From contig CP030759.1 of the NCBI GenBank assembly GCA_003290465.1, positions 2,180,572 to 2,244,571 on the forward strand: a stretch of 64,000 nucleotides of DNA. Reading direction: 5' to 3'. The notes beneath the pieces were generated by a model. That model did no database searches. It saw nothing but the letters and a program-made list of their open reading frames with translations, and was not told where the DNA came from. The position numbers were made by a program, and so were the translations under genes. Positions 19,042-28,638 of the stretch are shown here, piece by piece; within the stretch, counting starts at the first letter, position 1; each line of letters starts with the position of its first letter. The stretch is from Candidatus Sumerlaea chitinivorans. GTDB lineage: Bacteria > Sumerlaeota > Sumerlaeia > Sumerlaeales > Sumerlaeaceae.

Positions 19042-20526
19042 GTGTTAGGCAACCAAAGCGATGAGCTTTGCGCGAGCACGATGCGGGAACGATTTGCTAC
19101 AAGTGCGCCTTCAGAGGCTGGGAAAGGTGGCAACGCACCTGCGGTCTCGCTTCGTCGTGGCCTCCCTACCCTCTCTGCCTTCATCCTCATGGTCATCGTC
19201 CTGCTCATCTTTAATCTTTCTTCGCTGCGGCTCGTGCGTCTGTTGGAGGCCTCAAAGGAAAGTGATTTAGGGCAGCGCATGGTAGCGGTCGGACGCATGA
19301 TTGCCTACCACCTGCGCCAACCCAGCCCGCCCGTGATCCTCTCGCTGGTAAGCGAGTTGCCCATCGATCAGCAGGCCGACAAACTTGAGGACTTTGCAGC
19401 CACGACCGTTTATGAGAAGCTGATCCAACGCTTAAGCGAGATGAAGCGGCTGAACAACCTCGCGGCGCTCACGCTGCTCACCGTCCAGGGGCTCGTGGTG
19501 GCAGACGCCGACGAGAAAATGGCGCCGGCCTCACCATACTTGTACAACGAGGTGGATGCTGAGCCCTTGAGCCGTGCTGCGACGGGTCAAGTCGCACAAA
19601 TGCGCCTCTATCCGATCGGGGACACGCTTTACAAACGCGTCTATGTGCCGATCGTCTCGGAAGGCAAACCGCTCGGGATTCTTGCACTGTCAGCAAGTGC
19701 GGACTACTTCGCCGCCTTACGTGAGGTGCAACGCCGAGCCCGTGTCCAGATGATCCTCAGTTCTGCCCTGCTGATCGCAATCGGGGTGCTCGTTCATCGC
19801 CTCTTCTCTTTCATCGTCAAAGCCGAGGCTCGAGCCCTACGTCTTGCACGCATGGAAGCGATGGCCTCGCTTGCCGGCGGGGTCGCCCACGAACTGCGCA
19901 ACCCTCTCTCCATCATTCGAATGATGTGCGAGGAGATTCTTGCGGATCTACCGCCCGAAAGTCGCAGCGCCCGCAATGCCCGCGACATCATCGGCGAGGT
20001 GGACCGACTCAATGAGCTTGTTTACCAATTCCTGTCGCTCGCAAAGCCACCTGATTTTTCAAAGGCAGAGCCTGTGGACCTTGTGGCGGAGGTCCGACGC
20101 ACCGCCGAGCTCCTCCGCAAAAGCTCTCCTCAGGCGTTCGCACTAGAGCTGAATTTGCCAACTGCCCCTCTGCGCGTGCAAGCCGACGAGCGCGCCCTTC
20201 GGCAAGTTTTACTCAATCTCCTGCTCAATGCGCGCGACGCTGTGGCTGAAAATGGTGGGCGTGTGAGTGTCACGGTCACCGAGCGACGCGATATGGCGGA
20301 AGTGCGCATCGCTGACACGGGGCCGGGCATCGCGCAACGCGACCTCGAGCGCGTTTTCGACCCGTTTTTCACCACCAAACCGACCGGCTCGGGCTTGGGA
20401 CTTGCCATCTCACGGAACCTCGTCCAAAACATGGGTGGAGAAATCTCACTAACGAGCTGCGTCGGCAAGGGAACCGAGGTCTGTGTGCGCCTTCCGCTTC
20501 GTCGCAGCATGACCCTGCGCGGCTAA
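19042..20526 (+). CDS. Sensor histidine kinase (two TM helices flanking a periplasmic domain; HisKA plus HATPase_c)
   Basis: H-box AHELRNPLS and the N (LNLLLNARDA), G1 (DTGPGI) and G2 (GSGLGL) boxes are present. No response regulator is nearby. Confidence 0.85.
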   Translation: MLGNQSDELCASTMRERFATSAPSEAGKGGNAPAVSLRRGLPTLSAFILMVIVLLIFNLSSLRLVRLLEASKESDLGQRMVAVGRMIAYHLRQPSPPVILSLVSELPIDQQADKLEDFAATTVYEKLIQRLSEMKRLNNLAALTLLTVQGLVVADADEKMAPASPYLYNEVDAEPLSRAATGQVAQMRLYPIGDTLYKRVYVPIVSEGKPLGILALSASADYFAALREVQRRARVQMILSSALLIAIGVLVHRLFSFIVKAEARALRLARMEAMASLAGGVAHELRNPLSIIRMMCEEILADLPPESRSARNARDIIGEVDRLNELVYQFLSLAKPPDFSKAEPVDLVAEVRRTAELLRKSSPQAFALELNLPTAPLRVQADERALRQVLLNLLLNARDAVAENGGRVSVTVTERRDMAEVRIADTGPGIAQRDLERVFDPFFTTKPTGSGLGLAISRNLVQNMGGEISLTSCVGKGTEVCVRLPLRRSMTLRG

Positions 20527-20599
20527 TCTGTGCCAATGTGCGTCGAGTTCACCAAGTGCAGCAAGCATCTCCAAGAGTCTGTAAACATCGGTAAGAGCA

Positions 20600-22375
20600 T
20601 TGGCAAAGGACGTCCCTACCGCTGAACTCAAAGGCGGTGTGGCTGATTCCAAACATACGAACCGTGATAGGGCAAGCGAGCTTTGGCACACGATCCAGCA
20701 CTCAACTCATAATCCCACTGGTGCCCATGCAGAATCTCTTTGTGGCGCATTGCGAGACTCGAGTTTGATCTTTGCGTACGCGTTTTTTCCCCACCTCTGC
20801 CGCTATCCCTTCTCCCGCATGCATGTGGAACTCTTCGAGCGCTACGACACCACGACGCGTTCGCACCTCCCGTATCGCGCCGGCAAACGCTTTGCGTTGG
20901 CCGCACCACGTGGTTACGCAAAATCCACACTCCATTCGTTAATCCTCCCCCTGGCCGACCTATGCTTTAGGCGCGAACAATTCATCGTCATCGTGAGTGC
21001 AACGTTTTTGCAGGCTGCAACTCGCCTGCGCGCCCTGCGTGCGGAACTTGCGTCGAATCCTGCACTGCGGGCAGCCTTCCCGCATCTGGCACAACCGCCG
21101 ACAGAGGCAAATCGCCAGACGCTCTGCGTAGCGGGCATGCGCATATCAGCGTTTGGTGCCGGAGCAGAGATGAGGGGCCTGACTCATAACGGCTGGCGCC
21201 CAACCAAAATCATTCTCGATGACGTTGAGGACTCCGAGCGCGTCCTATCCGCGCGACTGCGCGACGCCACTGAGGCGTGGTTCCACGAAGTCATTGTGCC
21301 ACTCGGCGATACGACCACCCATATTGAAGTCGTTGGTACACTTCTGCATCGCGAGTCCCTTCTTGCAAAGCTCCTGCATGCTCCCGCTTTCGAAACGCGC
21401 CTTTACCGAGCCGTCGAGGCATGGCCGGACCGCGAAGACCTTTGGGCGGAGTGGCGTCGCCTGCGCTCGAACCCTGAGGATCCGCAACGCACAACGACTG
21501 CGACACAGTTTTTCCACGAAAACCGAGAGGCGATGCTTCGCGGCGGTTGCGTGCTTTGGCCAGAGAAGGAATCGCTCCCCCAGCTGATGGAGCTTATGCT
21601 GACGCAAGGACGGGTGGCATTCTTCCAAGAAAAACAAAACGAACCACCCGCCGGCGCAGGCGCTCTCTTCGACGTCGAGGGTTGGCAGCGCTTTACCATC
21701 CGTGAGGATGGCCAAATTGTTTCGGCTCAGGCGAGGGATCCAGCGATCGGCTCGTCAAGCCGCTCGCCTCGTGCACTCAACGACACGGCGCCCGCCACAG
21801 ATGCTTCCGCCGAGCCGAAATCCCCCAACGTGCGCGAACTTGAGGTCGTTGGATTCTTGGACCCAGCATTGGGCGGGGGCGACTACGCCGCAATCGCCAC
21901 TGTGGGACGGGATCGCCGCGGAGTCCTCTACGTTCTTGACGTCTGGATGGCTCGCGTGCCACCAGCTCAGCAAGTTGCTCGCGCATTTGAACTTCACTCG
22001 CGCTGGGGTTACAGCCGTTTCGGTTTCGAAGCAAACGCGTTTCAGGTCATGCTCACCCGCGCCTTCGAACTCGAACTGCAGCATCGCGTTCAAGCTCATC
22101 GCCCAGCACAGATGCGCTTCGTCGGCATCAAGAATCGCGCACCCAAAGCAACTCGGATTGCAGCGCTCGAACCGCTTGCAGCGGCTGGGTGGTTACGCTT
22201 CCACGAGGCGTTGTCTCCAACATTCCTCCATGAAGCGGCGGCTTATCCTTGCGGCCAAACCGATGACGGACTGGACGCGGTTGCGGGTGCTGTGGCATTG
22301 CTCACCACCCATTTTACGCATCGTGTGGTAAGCACTGTTGCGATCCCTACGCGTCGCCATCTGCCAAACTTTTAA
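20600..22375 (+). CDS. Phage terminase large subunit-like protein (ATPase plus RNase-H-like nuclease)
   Basis: Terminase-type P-loop APRGYAKST and Walker B IILDDVEDSE. The C-terminal nuclease-like acidic residues are LDPALGGGDYAAIATVG...YVLDVW...GQTDDGLDAVAGA. The true start may be the internal Met at ~20820 (MHVELFERY). Confidence 0.65.
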   Translation: MAKDVPTAELKGGVADSKHTNRDRASELWHTIQHSTHNPTGAHAESLCGALRDSSLIFAYAFFPHLCRYPFSRMHVELFERYDTTTRSHLPYRAGKRFALAAPRGYAKSTLHSLILPLADLCFRREQFIVIVSATFLQAATRLRALRAELASNPALRAAFPHLAQPPTEANRQTLCVAGMRISAFGAGAEMRGLTHNGWRPTKIILDDVEDSERVLSARLRDATEAWFHEVIVPLGDTTTHIEVVGTLLHRESLLAKLLHAPAFETRLYRAVEAWPDREDLWAEWRRLRSNPEDPQRTTTATQFFHENREAMLRGGCVLWPEKESLPQLMELMLTQGRVAFFQEKQNEPPAGAGALFDVEGWQRFTIREDGQIVSAQARDPAIGSSSRSPRALNDTAPATDASAEPKSPNVRELEVVGFLDPALGGGDYAAIATVGRDRRGVLYVLDVWMARVPPAQQVARAFELHSRWGYSRFGFEANAFQVMLTRAFELELQHRVQAHRPAQMRFVGIKNRAPKATRIAALEPLAAAGWLRFHEALSPTFLHEAAAYPCGQTDDGLDAVAGAVALLTTHFTHRVVSTVAIPTRRHLPNF

Positions 22376-22395
22376 ATCAGCTCAGCCTATGCCGA

Positions 22396-22410
22396 ACGTG
22401 CATCGCACGT
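22396..22410. other. Perfect palindrome ACGTGC-ATC-GCACGT between convergent 3' ends
   Basis: Read directly from the sequence. It lies between the terminase-like gene (+) and the decarboxylase (-). It could be a bidirectional stem-loop, but no U-tract follows. Confidence 0.3.
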
Positions 22411-22547
22411 ACCCGCGCTGAAGAATACTCGTGGCACGCAGAGCTCTGAACCCCCCGCCCGTGACTCCCTTGGGCGCCCCGCTTGGTCCACATCATTCCA
22501 ACGCCGATGTCGCTCCGTCCCACGCAAGCGCTTGCGCGCGCCCGCGG

Positions 22548-23849
22548 TTAGCTAAGTGGCTCGTCCGTCTCGAGCTTGACCACGTCCTCGAGCGTCTCGC
22601 GCCGCGAAATAAGTACGCGGCTTCCATCCTCCTCGACCCACACCTGTGGGGCCCGGCCCAACGAGTTGTAGTTGGAGCTCATCACGTAGCCGTAAGCACC
22701 GCCATCATGAATGCAGAGAAAATCCCCTCGCTCGGGTCGCGGGAGACGCCGTGGCGCAATGAAGTCCGACGCATCGCGCGTAAACACGTCGCCCGATTCA
22801 CAAAGGGGGCCGGCCACCACCACGTCGTGGGGCGGATTGCCCGCCCCGCGTCCCACGACGCTCATCCGGTGATAAGAGCCATACATGGCTGGCCGAATCA
22901 AATCCACGAATCCGGCATCCACCATGACAAATGTCTGGCCCGTGCCCTTCTCGTTTGTTCCGGTGCGCTTCACATCGGTCACTCGCGCCACAAGTGTTGC
23001 GCACGGTGCCACAAAGTAGCGGCCGGGCTCTATCTCAATGCGTAGGGGGTGTCCCGCTCCACCCTCAATCACCTTTCGCGCCTCGACAAACAACTGCGCG
23101 AGCGGCTGAATTTCCACTGGTGGCTCGAATTCCTTGTAGGTGTGTGGGATGCCTCCCCCAAGACTCACTGCCTCCAGATGGGGAATGCGCGGAGCTAAGG
23201 CCGCAAATTCGCGGGCAAGGCGCTCAAGATTCGCAAGTAGCTCTTCGATCTTGGGGCCACTTCCGATGTGCGCATGCAGCATCACCACCTGCATGCCGGC
23301 AGCTTCGGCCTCCGCGAGCGTTGGCTCGAGATACTCGTACCAAATCCCGTGCTTGGAACTCGGGCCACCTGTATCGCAGGCGTTGACGTGGCCGTGCCCA
23401 AAGCCCGGATTGACACGAATCGCGATTGGCCCACGGTAACCCGCGGAGCGGAGCTCCGCAACCATGCCGGGCGAGCCCACGTTTGGCAGGATCCCATGCT
23501 CGAGGACAACCTGCAGCGCGTTATCGCGAAAAACATCGGCCGTCAGCACAATCTGCGGTGGATTGTTGCCGGCAGTGTAGCCCACACGAAGGGCGCGCAG
23601 CACCTCGTTGCCCGAAACGGCGTCAATCCAGATTCCTTCCCGACGCATTTCCTCCAGCACCCGCCACGTCGAGAGGGCTTTCATCGCGTAGCGTAGCTGA
23701 ATGCCCGCCGGCGCGGCCACGGCTTTAAGCTCGCGAATTCTCTGGCGCAAGGTCGCGGCGTCGATCAGCCAAAACGGTGTGCCAACTTTCTTTGCAATCT
23801 CGTCAAGCTCCTGAAACGTTCGGGGCGACCCCATACACATTTCTCCCAC
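22548..23849 (-). CDS. Fold-III PLP-dependent decarboxylase, diaminopimelate decarboxylase-like
   Basis: PLP-Lys in AMKA, GGG(I/F) motif, and active-site GPLCESGD. The first Met residues (MGEMCMGSPR) give an ambiguous start. Confidence 0.6.
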   Translation of the reverse strand: MGEMCMGSPRTFQELDEIAKKVGTPFWLIDAATLRQRIRELKAVAAPAGIQLRYAMKALSTWRVLEEMRREGIWIDAVSGNEVLRALRVGYTAGNNPPQIVLTADVFRDNALQVVLEHGILPNVGSPGMVAELRSAGYRGPIAIRVNPGFGHGHVNACDTGGPSSKHGIWYEYLEPTLAEAEAAGMQVVMLHAHIGSGPKIEELLANLERLAREFAALAPRIPHLEAVSLGGGIPHTYKEFEPPVEIQPLAQLFVEARKVIEGGAGHPLRIEIEPGRYFVAPCATLVARVTDVKRTGTNEKGTGQTFVMVDAGFVDLIRPAMYGSYHRMSVVGRGAGNPPHDVVVAGPLCESGDVFTRDASDFIAPRRLPRPERGDFLCIHDGGAYGYVMSSNYNSLGRAPQVWVEEDGSRVLISRRETLEDVVKLETDEPLS

Positions 23850-23991
23850 ACTTAGGTAATCAAAAACCTGTCAGCGTGAAGGCCGAGAGGACGACAAAGC
23901 ACCAACTGTTGGAGTTGCTAACGCCACTCGTGTTGGAGATTCCGGCGCGCCGTGGGGCTTCTGCCCCATACCAAGGCATCGTGGCGTACCG

Positions 23992-24942
23992 TCATGTCTC
24001 GCGTGTCGTCCGCTCAATATTCGCGCGGAAATACTCGATAGTCCGGCGCAATCCCTCTTCAAGCGAAACTTTCGGTTCCCACCCTAAGACTTTTCGCGCT
24101 TTCGTCAGGTCCGGCCGACGAGTTTTTGGGTCGTCCTCTGGCAACGGGTGATACTCGACAGGCACCTCGGACCCAGCCAACCGTTTGATCAGCGTGGCAA
24201 AGTCCTCGATGCTCATCTCAAATTCCGAGCCAAGGTTGACCGGCATCACTTCGTTCGAATTCAAGAGCCGCCAGATGCCCTCCACCAAGTCATCAATGTA
24301 GCAGAAGCTCCGGGTTTGCTTGCCGCTCCCATAGATGGTGATGGGCTCGCCGGTGAGCACCGACTTAATGAAGCTTGGCACCACGCGCCCATCGTTCATG
24401 CGCATACGTGGGCCGTACGTGTTGAAGATGCGCGCGATTCGCGTCTCAACCCCATGGTAACGGTGATAGGCGATCGTCATTGCCTCGGCAAACCGCTTCG
24501 CCTCATCGTAAACACCGCGCGGTCCGATCGGGTTGACGTGCCCCCAGTAGGTCTCCGGCTGCGGGTGCACTTGCGGATCCCCATAGACTTCGCTCGTCGA
24601 AGCTAAGAGGAATTTTGCGCCTTTCTCGCGCGCGAGTCCCAACGCTTTGTGAGTCCCCAGCGATCCCACCTTGAGGGTTTGGATCGGCATGCGCAGATAG
24701 TCCGCCGGGCTGGCGGGCGAGGCGAAGTGCAGAATGTTGTCCACCCGCCCCTTCACATAGATGTACTCGGTGACGTCGTGATGAATGAAGTGAAACCGTG
24801 GGTCACGAATGTGATCAATGTTCTCAATCGTACCGGTTAGAAGATTGTCCATTGCGATGACTTCGTGGCCCTCGGCAAGAAAACGCTCCACGAGATGGGA
24901 CCCAATAAAACCTGCTCCTCCGGTAATGAGCGTGACTGGCAT
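23992..24942 (-). CDS. UDP-glucuronate decarboxylase (UDP-xylose synthase)
   Basis: 316 aa, near-collinear with human UXS1: [37 protein letters not shown]. Confidence 0.85.
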   Translation of the reverse strand: MPVTLITGGAGFIGSHLVERFLAEGHEVIAMDNLLTGTIENIDHIRDPRFHFIHHDVTEYIYVKGRVDNILHFASPASPADYLRMPIQTLKVGSLGTHKALGLAREKGAKFLLASTSEVYGDPQVHPQPETYWGHVNPIGPRGVYDEAKRFAEAMTIAYHRYHGVETRIARIFNTYGPRMRMNDGRVVPSFIKSVLTGEPITIYGSGKQTRSFCYIDDLVEGIWRLLNSNEVMPVNLGSEFEMSIEDFATLIKRLAGSEVPVEYHPLPEDDPKTRRPDLTKARKVLGWEPKVSLEEGLRRTIEYFRANIERTTRET

Positions 24943-24988
24943 CGTCGAATCTTTCTATTCTCCTGTCTGCAAAGAGTCAGCTATGAAA

Positions 24989-26086
24989 TCAGAAAATCGG
25001 ATCTTGCGCAGCGGTGCTGGTAGTCTCGCTGAGCGAAAAACGTACGACCCCGCGCAGCACCACCGGCGTGGGAGTCGCTTTTGCCGCCGTGGGCGACGTT
25101 TCCGTGGTCGCTTGCGCTGGTGTCGTGGCCACGTCCAGCCCCAAGGCTTTGCGGCGTAGCCACTCGCGTTCCTCCTCAACGGTCTTGACTTTCACTCGCG
25201 TGCCTTTGGTGCCCTCTAAGATCTCGCTGACTCCCGCATTCGAAACGGACTCGATATAGTAATAGAAAACTTTTCCACGCGGGAGCGGCCGGTCCACGTA
25301 ACAATAGTCGTGGGGGATATTCGTAGTTCCAGCACCCGGGATAATCCCCTTGTTGATTTTCGTGTACGGCCCGTCGGGGCTCTCCGCACGGTAGATGTTG
25401 AACCCATAATTGTCTTCCTGCGATTCCGTGCGCCATCGGATCCTGACCTGCCCCGGCGAGTCGTCGGGCACCAACCGTTTCAAATCCTCGTCCGTGAGGG
25501 GGCCGCTTGGCAAAGGGTCGCAGGGCTCAAGCTCACGTTCCAACGCGAGGGTCGTTTTCTCGTCGGAGAGACTCGCTGTCGTGCCTGCCTCTGAGGTGGC
25601 AGCTACGGCGCCCCCGTGCGTCGGCATTGGATGCGATCCCGCTGCCTCCCCGCCAACAAATTTCATAAGCCTTTGGCGTAGTTTATCGTCCTTTTGCGCG
25701 TCGGGCATTGCCAGAGCACGACGCGCAACGTCTTCCGCCTCCATCCGCCGCCCCGCTCGGTCCAGCGCGATCGCATACAACGTCAGAAGCTCCGCGTCGT
25801 CCGGCTCGAGTTCGGTCGCATGGCGAAACGCTGCCACCGCTTCCTCAAACTCATTTTGGCGCAAATGGATCGTACCGATTTTGCGCCATGCCCGGACGTG
25901 CTTCGGATCTTTTTGCACCACACGCTCAAACGTCCGCAGGGCCGTCGCAAGGTCCCCCGATTCTAACTGTTTCTTGCCAAGCTTGTACTCATCGCGCTCT
26001 GCGCATGCCACAAGCAGGAGCAGCGAGGCGACAACACACAGCCACTTGCCGCTCCGGCGCAACAACAAGAGTGTTTCCTTTCCCAT
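24989..26086 (-). CDS. Lipoprotein with TPR repeats and C-terminal fibronectin-III-like domain
   Basis: Start chosen at MGKETLLLLRRSGKWLCVVASLLLLVAC (lipobox LVAC). TPR repeats follow, then FYYYIESVSNAGVSE is Fn3-like. The ORF-track start at 26158 would put the signal peptide too far internal. Confidence 0.5.
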   Translation of the reverse strand: MGKETLLLLRRSGKWLCVVASLLLLVACAERDEYKLGKKQLESGDLATALRTFERVVQKDPKHVRAWRKIGTIHLRQNEFEEAVAAFRHATELEPDDAELLTLYAIALDRAGRRMEAEDVARRALAMPDAQKDDKLRQRLMKFVGGEAAGSHPMPTHGGAVAATSEAGTTASLSDEKTTLALERELEPCDPLPSGPLTDEDLKRLVPDDSPGQVRIRWRTESQEDNYGFNIYRAESPDGPYTKINKGIIPGAGTTNIPHDYCYVDRPLPRGKVFYYYIESVSNAGVSEILEGTKGTRVKVKTVEEEREWLRRKALGLDVATTPAQATTETSPTAAKATPTPVVLRGVVRFSLSETTSTAAQDPIF

Positions 26087-26187
26087 AGCCACGATACGCT
26101 TTACCGCACGTTTTTCTCTCAGCTTAGTCAAACGCAAAGCGATAAGGCCGGGGAGCACGCCACACGTCGTCCCTCTGCCGGCGTGCT

Positions 26188-27204
26188 TTGGGCTTGCGGC
26201 ACCGGCCGCTTTTTGGAATGTGTTGCCAGCGTATGTGGAAACTCATCGTTCGTCGAATTTTGGAAGCGATTCCGCTACTGCTGGCGATTTCGCTGGTCAC
26301 GTTTTACCTCCTTTTTCATTCGCCGGGCGACTTTCTTTCCGCATTACGGATGGACCCCAAGATCCCGCAAGAATTCCTTGATCGCGAAGTGGCGCGGCTT
26401 GGGCTCGATCGTCCGTGGTACGAAGTGTGGGCTCGCTGGGTCTGGGGTGTCGTACGCCATGGCAATCTCGGCAACAGTTTCAGCTACAAAATCCCGGTTG
26501 CGGAGCTCATCGGCCAGCGCCTCTTCAACACCTTCCTGCTCGCACTCAGCTCCACCCTCTTTGCGTGGTGTATTGCGGTGCCGCTGGGCATTATCGCTGC
26601 GGTGCGCCAAAACCGACTCGCGGACCGCTTTGCCTCAGCCATTGCTTTCTTGGGTCTCTCGGTGCCCGCTGTCCTCCTTGCCCTTTTTGCTGTGTATTTT
26701 GCCGCCCGCACAGAGTGGTTTCCGACCGGCGGGATGACTTCGGATCGCTACGCCGAGCTTCCCTCCACGTGGGAGAAAATGAAAGATATCGCGCACCACC
26801 TCGTTCTGCCCACCATTGTCCTTGGGATGGGCGGCTTGGCTATCTATACGCGCCAAATGCGCTCCAACCTGCTGGAGGCCTTGGGCGCCGACTACATGCG
26901 GACTGCGCTGGCCAAAGGACTGAGCTACCGTCAGGCCGTGCTCCGGCACGCCCTGCGCAACGCACTCAACCCCATGATCTCGCTTTTCGGCTTTGCATTC
27001 AGCGACCTACTCAGCGGGGCGTTTCTCGTGGAAAACGTCATGGCGTGGCCGGGCTTGGGTCGCACGACAATTGAGGCGTACAATTCCAAAGATATGTTTG
27101 TGGTGGCGGCCGCCGTGATGCTTGCGAGCGTGATGCTCATCCTCGGCAACCTGATTGCTGACATTCTCCTTGCACTCAACGACCCGAGGATTCGCTATGA
27201 GTGA
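26188..27204 (+). CDS. ABC transporter permease, OppB/DppB family
   Basis: MWKLIVRRILEAIPLLL is the classic OppB N-terminus, so the true start is probably 26236. The EAA-loop region ALAKGLSYRQAVLRHALRNAL is present. Confidence 0.85.
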   Translation: MGLRHRPLFGMCCQRMWKLIVRRILEAIPLLLAISLVTFYLLFHSPGDFLSALRMDPKIPQEFLDREVARLGLDRPWYEVWARWVWGVVRHGNLGNSFSYKIPVAELIGQRLFNTFLLALSSTLFAWCIAVPLGIIAAVRQNRLADRFASAIAFLGLSVPAVLLALFAVYFAARTEWFPTGGMTSDRYAELPSTWEKMKDIAHHLVLPTIVLGMGGLAIYTRQMRSNLLEALGADYMRTALAKGLSYRQAVLRHALRNALNPMISLFGFAFSDLLSGAFLVENVMAWPGLGRTTIEAYNSKDMFVVAAAVMLASVMLILGNLIADILLALNDPRIRYE

Positions 27205-27340
27205 GCCACTCCCCCAGAATCTCTACGAGAAGCGCACCTCCACTGAGTGGCCACGCACGCGCGACGTTCAGCCGCGGCTTCACCACAGCGGCCGATACCC
27301 CCTTCCTCTGATCGACTTTATGCAGAACATCAGGAAGCCA

Positions 27341-28503
27341 TGACGGGACCAAGTAAACAACACATCGAACAAGGCGACGCGACCGCCCGAGAGGCACTGC
27401 CGGTCGGCGTATCGCCAGCGCGCTTGGCATGGCGCCGGTTCCGCCGAAACCGCACCGCCGTGGCCGCTGGCATCGTCCTAATTTTCCTCTATCTAATCAC
27501 CCTTTTTGGCAGCTTCATCGCGCCCTACGATCCAGCGGAACGCAACTACGCTATGACGAACCATCCGCCGATGCTCCCGCGCTTCGTGGATGAAACCGGC
27601 CGCTTTCACCTCCGCCCGTTTGTCTATGGCATGGTCCTTGTGGATCCAGTCCGCCAGACGTGGAAATTCGACCTTTCCAAGAAATACCCCATCCGCTTTT
27701 TCGTGAAAGGAGCTCCGTACAAACTATGGTGGATTTTCCCCTGCGATCGTCACCTATTCGGCGTTGATCCGCCCGGCCGCATCTGCCTTCTCGGGACGGA
27801 TAGCGTGGGCAAGGACGTTTTCTCGCGCCTCATCGAAGGCGGCAAGATCTCGCTTTCCATCGGCCTCGTCGGGCTGAGCATCTCTCTGCTCATCGGAATG
27901 TTCGTGGGAGCGCTCGCAGGCTATTACGGCGGCTGGTGGGATACCCTCATCATGCGTGGCGTGGAATTTCTCCTGTCCATCCCCACTCTGTATCTCATCA
28001 TTGCTCTCCGCGCTTATTTCCAAACGAAAGGCATCTTTGGCATCGGCGGCAGCCAATTAACAAGCACACAGATGTACGTGATGATTGTCGTCATTCTGGC
28101 CTTCATCGGATGGGCTGGGCAAGCACGCGTGGTGCGGGGAATGGTGCTCGCGATTAAGGAGCAGGATTTCGTGACCGCGGAGCGCGCACTCGGGGCTTCG
28201 TCGCTGCGCATCATTGCACGCCACATTTTACCCAATACGTTTAGCTACGTCATCGTCGCCGCCACGATTGCTATTCCCGGGTACATTCTTGGCGAAGTCG
28301 CCCTGAGTTATCTGGGAGTGGGCATTCAGGAGCCGCAGGTTAGCTGGGGCATCATGCTGGAGCAGGCGCAAAGCCTCTCGACGATCCGCAATTTCCCGTG
28401 GCTTCTCTTCGCTCCTGCAAGTGTGATTATCATCACGGTGTGTGCATTCAATTTCCTCGGCGACGGACTGCGCGATGCCTTCGATCCCAAGAATCGCACC
28501 TGA
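27341..28503 (+). CDS. ABC transporter permease, OppC/DppC family
   Basis: The internal Met MTGPSKQ was chosen as the start. A typical OppC N-terminal TM follows the ARLAWRRFRRNRTA motif. The ORF track starts at 27247 and overlaps oppB. Confidence 0.8.
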
Positions 28504-28574
28504 TGGCCTCGCCACCACGTCCCTACCCAGCGAAGCGCATCCACGCTCGGCAATTGGGAATTGTGTGAAGTCGG

Positions 28575-28631
28575 GCCTTACAACACGAAAACGGGCGGTT
28601 GCCCCCCGCGAGCCGGTTCTTCTTCGCCCGT
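28575..28631 (-). terminator. Candidate terminator downstream of the 466-aa hypothetical
   Basis: On the minus strand, ACGGGCG...CGCCCGU is followed by UUUCGUGUUGU. The loop is long (27 nt) with a nested CCGCGA/UCGCGG pairing. Confidence 0.3.
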
Positions 28632-28638
28632 CGCGGAA

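Noticed and set aside
20527-22547. Calling the terminase region a prophage or genomic island
   Set aside because: There is no integrase, tRNA, direct repeats, portal or capsid genes and no compositional shift. Only the single terminase-like gene is present, so it is reported as an isolated gene rather than a mobile element.
26415-27074. 219-aa ORF in an alternative frame inside oppB
   Set aside because: It is a spurious frame within a confidently identified permease.
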